A DNA stretch of 64,000 bases from an uncultured Candidatus Saccharibacteria bacterium (GTDB lineage Bacteria > Patescibacteriota > Doudnabacteria > UBA920), in the NCBI GenBank assembly GCA_964532425.1, contig CAZHIA010000004.1, positions 83,740 through 147,739 on the forward strand, written 5' to 3'. A program made the translations under genes and the position numbers. This document shows positions 9,001 through 18,991 of this stretch, piece by piece. The notes below the pieces were generated by a model that worked only from the letters and a program-made list of their open reading frames with translations, was not told the DNA's origin and did not search any database. Position 1 is the first letter of the stretch; each line of letters begins with the position of its first letter.

Positions 9001-12000
9001 GTCTTTCTGGTGGCAATGAACAGCTTACCCTTGTACACGACCGAGGCCATGACCGAGGTCGCGTTGGTGACGCTCCCGAATGTTCCGGGCGTACCGCCGG
9101 TATTTAGAATAGTAAATCCGGTACCCGTGGACGGCGAGTCCGGCTGCGCGCCGATCAACACGTTCCCAACCACATTCAACTTTTCGGTGACGGTCGATGT
9201 CCCAATAGCCAAACCCTTTAGCGAGTTGTCCCAATAAAATTGCGTTTCATCGCCGGCGAAACCGCTGCCTGAATTAAATTGAATCGCACCAGCATTGCCA
9301 CCCGGTGTTCCACTGCCTCCGGTGAATAAACTCCCATTCTGATAGAGGCTCCCCGTAAAATTAATGTCTCCCTGTACCGATAAGATTTTGGATGGTGTAG
9401 TAGTACCGATACCGACATTTCCGTTATAACCGATCTTAAATAATGCATTGCCGCTGCTATCCTGCGCTTGGAACAAATCAGATGTTGCCGCATTTGCCAA
9501 TCTAGTCACAAGGGTTGTCGAACCGTTTCCCATGCCATTTAGGAAAAACCCCGAGTAATTGGCAGTGGCTGTACCAAAGATTCCATACCCCGTGCCTGCG
9601 GCACTGCCATAGACGCCGGTACCGGTTCCCGTCGCAGCGCCCCATACTCCATAGAGAGATGATCCGCTTGCACCTGTTGACCTCCCATAAACACCGGCAC
9701 TCAATGTAGTACCGGCAGAAGTTCCCATTATGGCTATGCCTCCTGCTGCATTTCCGGAAATAACACCGGAAGATAAAGTGTTTGTAGAAGATGCGTTTAT
9801 GACAATGGCATTTCCTGATTGGACATCAAGCTGGTATCCTGGTGTCGAAGTGTTGATACCGATGTACCCATTGGCGGTTACATGGAAGAAGCTTTTACCG
9901 CTCGATGACGCGATATCGAACAACTGGCTGGAGGAACCGGAATACCCCTGTACGGCCAATTCCGCCTGCGGAGTCGATGTGCCGATGCCGACGTTGCCAT
10001 TGGTGTTTATTACGAAGCGGAGGTTGTCCCCCGTCCAAATGCCAGCGCTATCGCTATTCATGGGAGTGCCGATCTCCATCCTGCCGGAATTACTGACAAC
10101 CCGCAACCGGGAAATATAAGCACTGGGGTTATAAAACCTGGCCACGTCCCAGTCCCCGGTATTGCTGTACACGTCCAATTGTTCAGCTGGTGACGTTGTC
10201 CCGACTCCCACATTGCCGCCGCTGCCGTTTAAAACCAAATTTCCATAAGCCGAACCCGCTGACTGTATAGATTGCAGCGAAGTATAGCCGCCGCTAATAG
10301 CGCTTAAGTTAACATTCAAAGCCGTGTACCCTCCGCTGCCGCCATTGACGCCAAGAGTCATGCTGGCCGGCGCTACGGAATTTGAAACGTGCAGGGTCGC
10401 TTGGGGGCTCGTTGTCCCAACCCCGACATTGCCGCCGCTGCCGTTCAAACTGAGCGGGGAAAAACCCGTCCCCAGCTTAGCAGCCTGGATGGAACCGTAA
10501 TCCGAAACGGTATTATACCCGACTATCAGTTGCTGCCTGGAGTTTGAAAAACCGTTCACAACCAATTGCCCTGGGTATGCATTTGCATTATCCTGGTTAA
10601 CCATTAAGCGCGCCGTTGGAGTCGATGTACCAATGCCGATGTTGCCGTTCGTATCCAAGATCATTTTGCTCGTGTAAGATGATCCTGAATAAAAATTGAT
10701 ATTTTGTCCGGCAAGATTGAGATCTCTGGCAGACGATCCTGCAGTGTATGCCGCCAGGAACGCGGCTGTTCCGCTATCGTACAAGTATGCACCGCTTGCC
10801 GGAAGGTTTCCTAAATTTCCGATATTGCCAGCCGCGAGTACGGCACCTGCTACATGGAGAGCCTGGCCGGGAGTGGTCGTGTTAATGCCAACGTTACCGT
10901 TCATCACCGACATTCCCGCGCTCACAAAGCTGGTAGTGCCGATGGCGACTCCGCCATTCGGATTCATCGACAGCACCGCCCCCTGCCCTCCGCCTCCCAA
11001 ATGTCCGCCGTCGTAAAAGTACATCATTCCGTTATTGTCAGAAAAGAGTGACCACTGGCGTCCAGAGGCGGCAGTATTATCCACGAGCAGTGCAGCTTGG
11101 TTATCGTCGAGGAGGTGAATCTTGCCGCTTCCAGTGGACCCCTTAATAGTCAGCAGCGTATCAGGACTCAAAGTGCCGATACCGACTCTTCCTCCAGCTG
11201 TGACGTTCAAGAATGTTAATCCGGAAGAAGACGCTGCGCGGAAAATGTCGAGTGTCGGCTGGGTCGTCGTACCCTGCGCCGCCAAGGTGGCACTGGGGGT
11301 CGTGGAGTTAATGCCGAGAGCTGATAGTGTGCTGCTGTAGAATAATTCTGCTCCCCCGAATGCACTGCTATTGTTAAATTGTAACTGCGTATTCCGGCCG
11401 CCCGGCGTACCGCTGCCGCCGCTCGCTGCGATCGTGATCTGTCCCGGCGTAGATGTGGTGATCGTAATGTTTGCTCCGGCCACCAGTTTGGTAGGGCCAT
11501 ACTTCGTTCCCGTTCCGTCGGCAGCGAGCAGCATACCGGTCTGGGTCGGCGCGGTGGAAGTTCCCGTGCCGCCGTTCGTGACTGCGATAGTACCAGTGAT
11601 GCTCACAGTCGAAGTGCCGGTCACTTGGATGTTGGTACCCGCGGTAATGAGTGAAGAGAGGTCAACGAACGTCGGTACGCCAGAGCCGCCATTCGATTTC
11701 AAAATTTGGAATGCTGTGCCGACGGTTGTTGTCGCGATCACCCCTGTGCCGTTTCCGACAAGCAAGGCATTGGCTGCAATGCTTTTGACACCAGTACCGC
11801 CGTTGGCGGGCGTCAACGCGTTCGTCAGATTCACTCCGGCAAATGTCGGTGTGGAAGTCGTCGTCACCGACTGGTCAATACTCGCCGTACCGAAAAGGTA
11901 CAAACTGTTCGAGGCGCCAAACAAATTTATCGAACTGCCTACCGACAAAGTCGCGCTATTCAAAGTCAGCGTGCCGGTCCCGGTCGAAATGGTGTTGCCG

Positions 12001-12698
12001 TTTAACTTCCCCGCGATTGTCAGATCTCCTGCGGAAGTAATTTTGTTGGAAGATGAAAAAAATTGAATGTCACCGCTTGAGGAGTTCTGCAGCAACAACG
12101 CATTCGTGCCTGTCGCTGTCACTGAAGCGTTGGCCGCGCCGAGCACCAGAGACCCATTGGTGAGTACGGGCACCTGGTTGCCGGTTGCATTCTGCGAGGG
12201 CGCGTACCCGCCGACCGTGCTGGCATTCACCGCATACCCGGAGGCGCCGATTCTCTGTCGCGGGGAAAGATTTTCCCATGACACGCCAGCGCATGAGCTC
12301 GCCACCTGTGCGGCTACTTCAACGTTCAGGAAGACAGTGTCGTTGTCCTGAAAATTATATGTCAACGCATCACCACCCGCGCTGACGTCCCCCACCGCGG
12401 CATTGAACACGCCATTCTTCACGCTCAAGGTCATTGTCGACGGTGTCCCGGCTGGCCAAAGTTTGCTGCCACTGCCGACCGTTGCATTATCGTAAATTGA
12501 AAAGCGGAAACAATAATTTGTTCCGCTGGTGCCCCCAAGCAAGGTGCCGCTGTTGTCGAACAGCCGGCCCTGGTAATTCAATATCTTTGGCACGCCGGCA
12601 GCTGACTCCGCATGCTGCGAATACGCAAAGACAGTGGACAGACTGATGACAGCCAATCCAAGTCTTAATATAGTTCGTGACCACCTGCGTGCCGGCAT
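6033..12698 (-). CDS. Giant tail-fibre-like adhesin with beta-propeller and peptidase-G2-like intramolecular chaperone
   Basis: Start likely MPARR (12698) with signal peptide; [18 protein letters not shown]-domain; many GN(V/I)G(I/V)GT(S/T) repeats; propeller-like blades at ~7960-9110; [38 protein letters not shown]. Confidence 0.85.
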   Translation of the reverse strand: MPARRWSRTILRLGLAVISLSTVFAYSQHAESAAGVPKILNYQGRLFDNSGTLLGGTSGTNYCFRFSIYDNATVGSGSKLWPAGTPSTMTLSVKNGVFNAAVGDVSAGGDALTYNFQDNDTVFLNVEVAAQVASSCAGVSWENLSPRQRIGASGYAVNASTVGGYAPSQNATGNQVPVLTNGSLVLGAANASVTATGTNALLLQNSSSGDIQFFSSSNKITSAGDLTIAGKLNGNTISTGTGTLTLNSATLSVGSSINLFGASNSLYLFGTASIDQSVTTTSTPTFAGVNLTNALTPANGGTGVKSIAANALLVGNGTGVIATTTVGTAFQILKSNGGSGVPTFVDLSSLITAGTNIQVTGTSTVSITGTIAVTNGGTGTSTAPTQTGMLLAADGTGTKYGPTKLVAGANITITTSTPGQITIAASGGSGTPGGRNTQLQFNNSSAFGGAELFYSSTLSALGINSTTPSATLAAQGTTTQPTLDIFRAASSSGLTFLNVTAGGRVGIGTLSPDTLLTIKGSTGSGKIHLLDDNQAALLVDNTAASGRQWSLFSDNNGMMYFYDGGHLGGGGQGAVLSMNPNGGVAIGTTSFVSAGMSVMNGNVGINTTTPGQALHVAGAVLAAGNIGNLGNLPASGAYLYDSGTAAFLAAYTAGSSARDLNLAGQNINFYSGSSYTSKMILDTNGNIGIGTSTPTARLMVNQDNANAYPGQLVVNGFSNSRQQLIVGYNTVSDYGSIQAAKLGTGFSPLSLNGSGGNVGVGTTSPQATLHVSNSVAPASMTLGVNGGSGGYTALNVNLSAISGGYTSLQSIQSAGSAYGNLVLNGSGGNVGVGTTSPAEQLDVYSNTGDWDVARFYNPSAYISRLRVVSNSGRMEIGTPMNSDSAGIWTGDNLRFVINTNGNVGIGTSTPQAELAVQGYSGSSSQLFDIASSSGKSFFHVTANGYIGINTSTPGYQLDVQSGNAIVINASSTNTLSSGVISGNAAGGIAIMGTSAGTTLSAGVYGRSTGASGSSLYGVWGAATGTGTGVYGSAAGTGYGIFGTATANYSGFFLNGMGNGSTTLVTRLANAATSDLFQAQDSSGNALFKIGYNGNVGIGTTTPSKILSVQGDINFTGSLYQNGSLFTGGSGTPGGNAGAIQFNSGSGFAGDETQFYWDNSLKGLAIGTSTVTEKLNVVGNVLIGAQPDSPSTGTGFTILNTGGTPGTFGSVTNATSVMASVVYKGKLFIATRKTDGAAVYRLDSGNTWTMVTNAAGKATSTDASTVIDGYAMSIYNGKLFIGSQTGTGTGLGAVYMASNVDTANNTTANWVMVNSARGTIVSATTDGISDMAVFNGMLFVATQKTNAMEVDRYNGGTGAATFARVNPTIGKIAAETNVVSDSAVFVVYNNRLWAGTQTGTGQGSIGVYEGNGTTWTLITAVGGGTLGPDAGNEIASMAVFAGNLFVGTATSNLASIYRFGISNSVTAGSATQFVRMANARGQLNNTDAVNIDSVILRSYNGTLYAGTQTTSAEQTAGLYEYAQSSATSTAWTLMQNTRGTFGSQTSVDAVDSMIEFNGDLYMGTSEPGAGVLYKWTKNSMNSYVLRFDSGNGNMAGIKFDGGTQVADNNGRMGTLLVTHAMMLSTNAYDYAEDYPTTDETLSAGEIVEVDSDTGGDFVRRAHRKGSLVGVVSERPGFRLSASDDISGQQHVVPIALAGRVPVRASLDNGPIHAGDYLMVHPQQPGVAVKAVKAGQAIGQALSDYLEEVPNGKVSMYVNVSYFNGRSIEEELSGLTMDATMTNGVQEFATTTNFSLRVLEHLLSRSAEGQGEDVSEVFTDRLIGGVELITPKITSRDLNIDAIAPAGTSTLSVLLPSGGSFSIGMNGAAPGMRVDSVGNAWLAGGISAASGTFASLSVGSLQSAQLDRLEQGLSFLQDAASTSQAAILGLQQNMGSMQTLLQGLQRNLTTTSDVVAGIDLKTLARAASSGLAFSGPVTFENGITVNTVAPLGNGGISMNGDVYFVGTPYFTTDTAGFAVIGRGQKGVAITFDRPYVEQPIVNATIALNATTTAEADSQFAENIFAQNISFIITNKSEQGFSIILNKPAPMDVPFSWIALAVRSAKTFSSISPVQQAAGSAVVTSPVEENSQVASSTAVNPSPEQQAVTGAIASSTQDTTGTVAGTSTNAVIIPSTTDNPATDTTTAQTSAVSTPSQSSTDAPATATPPAPAIDTTTDASTSSQ

Positions 12699-12873
12699 AC
12701 CGAAATGTTTTTTGTTTTTTGTTTCAAACACAACAATAGCAAACGACAGCATGCCAGGTCAGGCTCGTTGTGCCAGACCCGCGAAATCGTCTGCAAACTG
12801 TATGTGATTGTTTTTATTTTTTGTTTCTGATTCCCTAGAATTTTTTAGGAAATCCAACTCAAACTCTGTAGTA

Positions 12874-12902
12874 ATTATATCACATTTAGATTTTTTTGTA
12901 AA
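12874..12902 (-). promoter_or_regulatory. Sigma70 promoter of the giant adhesin
   Basis: TTTACA-N17-TATAAT with TG extension on the minus strand. Confidence 0.65.
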
Positions 12903-13128
12903 GAATTCACCATCGCCTTTAAGCTGCACTCACGAGGACAGGCGCACTGAGGAATTCAGTGACAAAAAAGGCAACCCAGACTTGACAAAATTCGATCAAT
13001 AAAATTGCGGACGACAGCCACTTTTGAGACTTTTTTCACCTTTTCAAACCGGCTGATTTTTTTGTCAAGTTTTTTCGCTTCCACAAGAGCCCGTAACTCT
13101 CCCCTGCCGGGTCCGCACCGCGCCACAT

Positions 13129-13161
13129 AAAAAACGGGATGACATTTCGTCTCCCGTTTTT
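13129..13161 (-). terminator. Intrinsic terminator
   Basis: aaaaacggga-tgacatttcgtc-tcccgttttt, abutting the stop codon. Confidence 0.7.
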
Positions 13162-13723
13162 AGCAAATCAGGGCGGTTGAAGCGCCCGCAACTTTGTGGT
13201 TGGCGGGCGCGCTTCCGAAGGCTAACTGACAGACCAAGCAATGCTCGAAGTGTGCCGCAAAATGTTTGAACAATTCTTTCTGGAACAGCAGCTCACTGAG
13301 TTCGCTCTGATTCACGACCTGGCCGAGCAAACAGGTCGGGCGCGGCACTGTTCTACGGACGGTGTTACCTTGCGCGATCACGTCATCTTCCTGAGACCGG
13401 TACAAGGCCATGTAAGCAAGTGCCTTGGCACAGACGAGCTCCATGACCCGGCCACTCAAATGCTCGATGTCCCTATAGAGCAGGCAGGGCGCATTGCCGG
13501 TGACTTCCGTCTTACCGGCGCATCGGCATGGCGGTTTGAACAACTCCAGCAGATCGCCGTAATTTCGGTTACAAACAGGGCAATGTAAAATGTGGACTGC
13601 GAAGATTCGATGGAAGACCGATACAACCGCGAGGTATGATGCATCCTCCGGTTCCAACCCGTTGAGGAACTGACAAATTATCTCATGCGCTTGCGGGCTC
13701 CGATCACTCCCCTGATTTTCCAT
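13160..13723 (-). CDS. Cys/His-rich hypothetical protein with two HxxxCxxC motifs
   Basis: GGGAGGAG SD before ATG 13723; HILHCPVC and HFEHCLVC. Confidence 0.65.
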   Translation of the reverse strand: MENQGSDRSPQAHEIICQFLNGLEPEDASYLAVVSVFHRIFAVHILHCPVCNRNYGDLLELFKPPCRCAGKTEVTGNAPCLLYRDIEHLSGRVMELVCAKALAYMALYRSQEDDVIAQGNTVRRTVPRPTCLLGQVVNQSELSELLFQKELFKHFAAHFEHCLVCQLAFGSAPANHKVAGASTALIC

Positions 13724-13758
13724 TATCTCCTCCCTTCGAGATGTAGACAGTATGGACA

Positions 13759-13787
13759 ATTGTACGTTACAAAAAGAAAGGCGTCAA
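13759..13787 (-). promoter_or_regulatory. Sigma70 promoter
   Basis: TTGACG-N17-TACAAT. Confidence 0.7.
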
Positions 13788-13793
13788 GCCTTC

Positions 13794-14423
13794 CTACCGT
13801 TGCTCCACCACGATCTTACCCGCTGCAATTTCAACCTCGTCCGCAAGCCGCAAGGTTCTAATTTGTGCCGGCTGCAGGATTGGGTAATGCTTGATACTAT
13901 CTAAATGACGAGGAATGGCAAAGAGGTCTTTCTCGGACGTTCGCCACAGAAGCTTATCAAAAAAATTCAAATTGAACGGATGGGAATATTCGCGCAGGGT
14001 CTTTTTTCCATTATGTAAAAAATATTCATGGAAGTACGACAACACCAACTCGCGAATCGTGCGATAGACCGGCTCGCGGTAGCGGAGTACCGCGTGGTTG
14101 GTTTTGGAAAGTGCACCCCAGCAACCATGCTGCCTGAACACTGCAACCACGTGATCGTCATCGTGTGGCTTGACGGATCGCAAGTCGAGCACGAGCGGCT
14201 TTTGTCCATGGAACTCCAGAACGGCCGCAGCCAGCATCGCACCTTCCATGCAGTGCGCAGTGCCGTCACGGAGCACGCGGCGTGGCGACCGGCACGTTTC
14301 GCCTTCGCGTTCGAAATTGATTTTAAGATCATTTAAAAAATCCTGAATTTTTTTCGGTGTGTTGAGATGCTTGAGCACCTGTACCTCAGCTGCGCTGTAT
14401 TCTTTCAAAACATTTTTATACAT
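13794..14423 (-). CDS. Transglutaminase-like conserved protein
   Basis: TCRSPRRVL..AHCMEGA..DDDHVVAVF..WGALSKTNHAVLRYREPVY; start taken at MYKNV. Confidence 0.7.
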   Translation of the reverse strand: MYKNVLKEYSAAEVQVLKHLNTPKKIQDFLNDLKINFEREGETCRSPRRVLRDGTAHCMEGAMLAAAVLEFHGQKPLVLDLRSVKPHDDDHVVAVFRQHGCWGALSKTNHAVLRYREPVYRTIRELVLSYFHEYFLHNGKKTLREYSHPFNLNFFDKLLWRTSEKDLFAIPRHLDSIKHYPILQPAQIRTLRLADEVEIAAGKIVVEQR

Positions 14424-14513
14424 GCGGTCCCCTGCTCTGCCAGTAACCAAAGGTAACTGTTGTTGCTTTAGGTTATTCAAATTATGTGTTCAACTTGAAG
14501 TGTGACGCAGCCA

Positions 14514-15002
14514 CTATCCGTTTTGCGTTCCCCTCCTATTCAGCCGCCAGATGGCGACATTCAGCACGCTGGCAAAGCTGACCCAGGCAAGATAGGGTAC
14601 GATCAGCCATGCCGCCGCATGATCCACCAGCCAAAACGATACGATAGTCAGGACAATCGAAATCCAAAGAACCACAATCTCTACCGCTGCCAGGCCGATC
14701 TTCTTCCAACCGAAAAAAATCGGAGTCCAAATTCCATTCAGGACCAGCTGACTACCAAAGGCGACGAGTGCAGGAAACGCCGCATCATTCTCCATTCTCA
14801 CATTCCATATGCGAGCAGCCGCGATGCCCATAAGTAAATACAGCAGTGTCCAAACCGGTCCGAATAGCCAATTCGGCGGACGGAACGACGGTTTGCGAAG
14901 TTTATTATACCATGAGGGAATTGCGCGGACCGTAAAGATGCTTCCTGCTATCCCGACTAATTCGCAAATAATAATTGCTATGACGTAAGAAATGATATGC
15001 AT
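14514..15002 (-). CDS. tspO: TspO/MBR family protein
   Basis: WYNKLRKPSFRPPNWLFGPVWTLLY, LNGIWTPIFFG, PYLAWVSFA. Confidence 0.95.
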   Translation of the reverse strand: MHIISYVIAIIICELVGIAGSIFTVRAIPSWYNKLRKPSFRPPNWLFGPVWTLLYLLMGIAAARIWNVRMENDAAFPALVAFGSQLVLNGIWTPIFFGWKKIGLAAVEIVVLWISIVLTIVSFWLVDHAAAWLIVPYLAWVSFASVLNVAIWRLNRRGTQNG

Positions 15003-15020
15003 AAAAATTTATAATTCCAA

Positions 15021-15890
15021 TTATGAGACAAGGACAGGTGCTGGCTGCGCTACAGTCGGACGCAGACTCACCCATGCCAACACCGCCAGCACCACTACCC
15101 CAATGACGCCACCCATTCCTCCGATAAGGTGGTTAAATGAAGCAAACACAATCGGCCACAGGCCATAGGCTTGGGCATTGAACATGCCATGGGCAAACGA
15201 AGCCAACAGTGTGCTCCCCGTTTGCAGGCGCAAGCGGCCGATATATATTCCGAGCGAGGTAGCCATGAGAACGAACAACACCGAACCGAGCCAGGGATTA
15301 CTGTACGATCCAAACCCCGCGAGCAGAACCAGCGGCACATGCCACAGTCCCCAAATGACGCCATGGATAGTAAGAGCCTTCCGCTCCCCGAGCGGCAAAA
15401 GCTTAGGTAACAGGTAGCCGCGCCAGCCGAGTTCTTCGCCAAACGCGGGAATCGAATTAATGATCGGCGTAACCAAACAGGTAGCCAGCAGTATGACCAT
15501 AACCACGAACCCAGGACGGGCGGGTGCAGGCATTCCGAACTGTCCGGTAAACGAGGCCAGAGAAAAATCAGGGCGGAAACCTGCTACCCACGTTATACCG
15601 AACACGAACACATACAACATGAGTAGTATCACCCACGCAGTACGATAGTCGGAAAATTTTCCCCAGCGCAGGCCAATGCCGTTCCACCCTTCGCGAGTAA
15701 TAAATTTCCTGACGAACAGGCTCGCCAAACCGGGAACGAACATGACCGCCGCCAGGCTGAGTTGGGCAGCTAACGGACCGCCGGACACGAGGCCTCCGCC
15801 TTTCGTGTGCAGGACTACGGCTATAGCGATAGTAGCCGCGAAGGTCAATGAGAGAAACCAGGCGAGGCCTTTGATATCAAGTTTGGACAT
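15021..15890 (-). CDS. CPBP (Abi/CAAX) intramembrane metalloprotease
   Basis: GEELGWRGYL, WGLWH, HGMFN motifs; multi-TM. Confidence 0.92.
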   Translation of the reverse strand: MSKLDIKGLAWFLSLTFAATIAIAVVLHTKGGGLVSGGPLAAQLSLAAVMFVPGLASLFVRKFITREGWNGIGLRWGKFSDYRTAWVILLMLYVFVFGITWVAGFRPDFSLASFTGQFGMPAPARPGFVVMVILLATCLVTPIINSIPAFGEELGWRGYLLPKLLPLGERKALTIHGVIWGLWHVPLVLLAGFGSYSNPWLGSVLFVLMATSLGIYIGRLRLQTGSTLLASFAHGMFNAQAYGLWPIVFASFNHLIGGMGGVIGVVVLAVLAWVSLRPTVAQPAPVLVS

Positions 15891-15893
15891 TCT

Positions 15894-15929
15894 TTTTAGT
15901 TTATAGTTTGTAGGTTATAGTTTATAGAT
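15894..15929. repeat. 7-nt tandem repeat
   Basis: tttagtt tatagtt tgtaggt tatagtt tatagat. Confidence 0.6.
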
Positions 15930-15962
15930 CCTCATTGGAGGAGCGGGTATGAACCACTCGCC

Positions 15963-16892
15963 TCACAGTTGGCGTTTTAACCATGAAGTTAACGCACGAT
16001 TGAGCTCCCCTGTCTTCCCTGTGTATCCATGGTCCGCACCTTTGATCAGCACGAACTCCATAACCTCGGGATGCTTGGCTTGCGCTTGGAGCGCCTCAAT
16101 GACACGATGCATGTCCGGCCAAGCGTATTCATCACGACTGCCATATACAATGAGTGACGGCTTGTCGATGGAAGCAAAATGCCGGAACAACGGTTTGGTG
16201 GAAAGTTTTAATTTCTTGAAATATTCGTTGTAGGGGAAATTGTTATAGTCGCCGTCCGGGTTGGCAATGTCGTAAAAACCCTGATACGAGTACACTGTAT
16301 TGTTGACCAGGTGCGGCGGCATCAGCTCCTCTCCTTTCCCCTGCCTAATCTTCTGCCGCGCTTTCTTAAGAAGCTCCAAGTACCGCTTCCGACCGAGCAT
16401 CTGGTAATAAATACCCGCATCATCTCCCCCGCTCACAATAAGGTATCCGCTCAGCGGATTGTTCTTTTTATAATAGTGGTACACGCAGATCTTGTTCGCA
16501 CCGGTCGAAACCCCGAACAAATAAATCTTCTTATACCTCCGTGCTTGTAAAAACTTGACCGCACCATCGATGTCCTTAATGCAATCGCGGATTCGTTCAT
16601 ATGCCGTGCCGCCCATGACTTTCTTCTTGCCGTCCTTGCCTTTTCTCAGGCGATGAATGAGCTGGGCGCCACGGTTATTGAAAGCAAGGTACGCATAACC
16701 GGCATCGGAAAATTTCTCTGCTACCCCCTCAGTCCGGTCCATGGAATAAAACACGGATGAGCTGCCATTGCCATGCAAATAGATGACAGCGGCATCAGTT
16801 GCATGATGCGGCTCATACAAAACCCCGGGCAATTGCAATCCGTCGGTTGATTCTATGGTGACAAACTTCGGTTCAGTTGGATGGTTTTTCAT
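15963..16892 (-). CDS. Alpha/beta hydrolase (DUF1749-like)
   Basis: IYLHG, NNRG, GVSTG nucleophile elbow, GSRDE, GADH. Confidence 0.85.
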   Translation of the reverse strand: MKNHPTEPKFVTIESTDGLQLPGVLYEPHHATDAAVIYLHGNGSSSVFYSMDRTEGVAEKFSDAGYAYLAFNNRGAQLIHRLRKGKDGKKKVMGGTAYERIRDCIKDIDGAVKFLQARRYKKIYLFGVSTGANKICVYHYYKKNNPLSGYLIVSGGDDAGIYYQMLGRKRYLELLKKARQKIRQGKGEELMPPHLVNNTVYSYQGFYDIANPDGDYNNFPYNEYFKKLKLSTKPLFRHFASIDKPSLIVYGSRDEYAWPDMHRVIEALQAQAKHPEVMEFVLIKGADHGYTGKTGELNRALTSWLKRQL

Positions 16893-16927
16893 GGATTCAG
16901 TATATCAAAAACCGGCTTAATTGCCGA

Positions 16928-16956
16928 TTGACAGAACCCGCGTAGTCCCCTATAGT
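16928..16956 (+). promoter_or_regulatory. Sigma70 promoter
   Basis: TTGACA-N17-TATAGT. Confidence 0.7.
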
Positions 16957-16982
16957 ATTGGGTTCAAATCCAAAGGAGGCAT

Positions 16983-17429
16983 ATGGATAACAACAAACGC
17001 GCATTATTTCCCGAATGGCTCGAGCTGCTTCTGTATGCCGGCTTGCTCGGCTATTGCAGCCATCTCCTGCTCAACATCAACACGGTCATGCCGGCCATTT
17101 CATGGCTCGGTCACTTACAGTACCACCGGTATTTGTTCCCGCTCGCGCTCGGCTATTTCTGGGGCACCGTGTTGAGTATCATCTGTGCGGTCTTTTACGG
17201 GATCGGCAGCCTTGTTTCCCTGGTGTGCGATCCTTCCGGCAACAGCAACGGCACAGTAGACCGGGATTTCAGGTCAGCTATCCGGTGGATCGCGCTCTGT
17301 GCGAGCCCTGTAGGCGGCGCTCTGGTAGCCGCTCTCATCTACGCGGCAGTATGTGTCGGAATTCCGTGCGGATTGATTGTATGGCTCTGGCGACAGCCGA
17401 GAAAGATCTCCGTTTATGAGCGCACCTGA
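16983..17429 (+). CDS. Hypothetical membrane protein (ORFan)
   Basis: AAAGGAGG SD; about three hydrophobic segments; own promoter and terminator. Confidence 0.7.
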   Translation: MDNNKRALFPEWLELLLYAGLLGYCSHLLLNINTVMPAISWLGHLQYHRYLFPLALGYFWGTVLSIICAVFYGIGSLVSLVCDPSGNSNGTVDRDFRSAIRWIALCASPVGGALVAALIYAAVCVGIPCGLIVWLWRQPRKISVYERT

Positions 17430-17444
17430 CTGCGTCCTGTCTAT

Positions 17445-17470
17445 GCCCTGGCTTCAGCCGGGGCTTTCTT
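17445..17470 (+). terminator. Intrinsic terminator
   Basis: gccctggc-ttca-gccggggc-tttctt. Confidence 0.65.
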
Positions 17471-17544
17471 TATAGCTGCAAGCATCCAAAGAGGATGGTC
17501 GAGATCCCCATCAGCGTCCATTCCGCGTACCCATCAGCGACTTA

Positions 17545-17868
17545 TCAGCGGACAGTAGCTGGTTTCCATCTATACGCATCCATATCGATCTTCAAGTCTT
17601 GGCTGACTTCGATCTTCTCCGCGCGCAACAGTTCCGCCTGGATTTCTTTGGTTGCTGTCCAGTTCCCTTTGATGCTGATAACTCCCTGATTGTTGACCAC
17701 ACGCCACCATGGTACGTTTGAATCCGCCGGCAAACTCCGAAGCACCCAGCCCACCTGGCGCGCAGCGCGCGGGCTGCCGCAGGCGGCCGCCACCTGACCG
17801 TAGCTCATGACCTTACCCGCTGGGATAGCATTTACTACGTCTATAACTTTTTTTCCAAATGATTCCAT
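17545..17868 (-). CDS. atl: Alkyltransferase-like protein (MGMT family, non-catalytic)
   Basis: IPAGKVMSYGQVA..ARQVG..VPWWRVVN: Trp replaces the PCHR Cys. Confidence 0.85.
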   Translation of the reverse strand: MESFGKKVIDVVNAIPAGKVMSYGQVAAACGSPRAARQVGWVLRSLPADSNVPWWRVVNNQGVISIKGNWTATKEIQAELLRAEKIEVSQDLKIDMDAYRWKPATVR

Positions 17869-17884
17869 AATCAAGACTCCATTA

Positions 17885-18082
17885 TGTCATTCTGGTATCA
17901 CAGCCGGGATCCAGCGGCCAGAATAGATTCCCACATTCGCGGGAATGACACCAATTTATATTTTGGGAATTGTTTAAAGTGCAGTATGTAGGGGAGGCTA
18001 TCAGCTTCCCGTTTTGGGATGGGCGGCTCGCGAGCCGCCCCTACGGGTTGTAACTGGCGGGCGGATATTATCCGCCCCTACA
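17885..18082. repeat. Cluster of REP-like palindromes
   Basis: tgtcattc...gaatgaca element (17885-17950), then GTAGGGG.../...CCCCTAC units with gggcggctcgcgagccgccc and gggcggatattatccgccc hairpins. Confidence 0.75.
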
Positions 18083-18096
18083 TGATCAGCATGCGA

Positions 18097-18654
18097 TCAA
18101 CGATCACTCGGGGGCTTCAGTAATTGCGCAAATTTGAGTTTTAGGTTCTCCAGCTTCGGGTTAATTACCACCTGACAGTAAGGCCGATTCGGATTGTTCG
18201 CATAATAATCAATATGGTCTTGCTCTGCCGGGTAGAAGGCTTGCAACTGCTGCACTTCGGTCACGATCGGATTGCTGAAGATTTGTTCCTGTTCAAGGGT
18301 TCTGATAAATTGCATCGCTTCGGCTTTTTGCTCTCCAGTGGAATAAAGGATCATCGATCGGTACTGAGTGCCAACGTCCGCTCCTTGTCGGTTCGGAGTT
18401 GTCGGATCATGCACGGCAAAAAATACTGAGAGCAAGTCATTCAGCGAGATCTGTGCCGGGTCGAATTCGATTTGCACGACTTCCGCGTGGCCGGTCGTAC
18501 CACTTCCCACTGCTTCATAGGTCGGGTTATCTGTGCTGCCTCCGGCATATCCAGGGCGGACAGCTAAGACTCCGCGTAGCGATTGGAACACGGCTTCCGT
18601 ACACCAGAAGCAACCGCCGCCGAACACGATAGATTGAATAGGATTATTTTCCAT
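18097..18654 (-). CDS. msrA: Peptide-methionine (S)-S-oxide reductase
   Basis: GGGCFWC, GYAGG, TGHAE, DPT..NRQG.DVGTQYRS. Confidence 0.97.
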   Translation of the reverse strand: MENNPIQSIVFGGGCFWCTEAVFQSLRGVLAVRPGYAGGSTDNPTYEAVGSGTTGHAEVVQIEFDPAQISLNDLLSVFFAVHDPTTPNRQGADVGTQYRSMILYSTGEQKAEAMQFIRTLEQEQIFSNPIVTEVQQLQAFYPAEQDHIDYYANNPNRPYCQVVINPKLENLKLKFAQLLKPPSDR

Positions 18655-18693
18655 TACGTTTGTACATTACTAATATATTCCATTAAAAGCAGT

Positions 18694-18722
18694 TTGACAA
18701 ATTTATATAGGTATGATATAAT
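18694..18722 (+). promoter_or_regulatory. Consensus sigma70 promoter for the DEAD-box helicase
   Basis: TTGACA-N17-TATAAT plus TGn extension. Confidence 0.8.
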
Positions 18723-18728
18723 AATCGA

Positions 18729-18991
18729 AATTACTAAATAACAGACTCGAACCTCAATTTGTTAGATTATTTCTTCCCAAAAGAGCTCGGGTCATCCGCC
18801 ACGATAGTTAGGTGCGATATTGGAATATTATTCAGATATAATGTTTCGACTTCCCTCTCTGCTACATACAGCGCGACAGGGATTTTTATTAGCCACTGAA
18901 GTGTGCAATTGAAAGTATGAGAATTTCTCAGCACACGTAATTGACTAATATGTATAGATTAGACGACCCTGGCGGAAAGAAAGAATTTAAC
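18729..18991 (+). ncRNA. Candidate structured 5' leader RNA
   Basis: ~260 nt between promoter and ATG with several complementary segments (see findings). Confidence 0.45.

Noticed and set aside
6033-12698. Prophage tail gene
   Set aside because: Has a signal peptide, its own promoter and terminator, and no neighbouring virion genes
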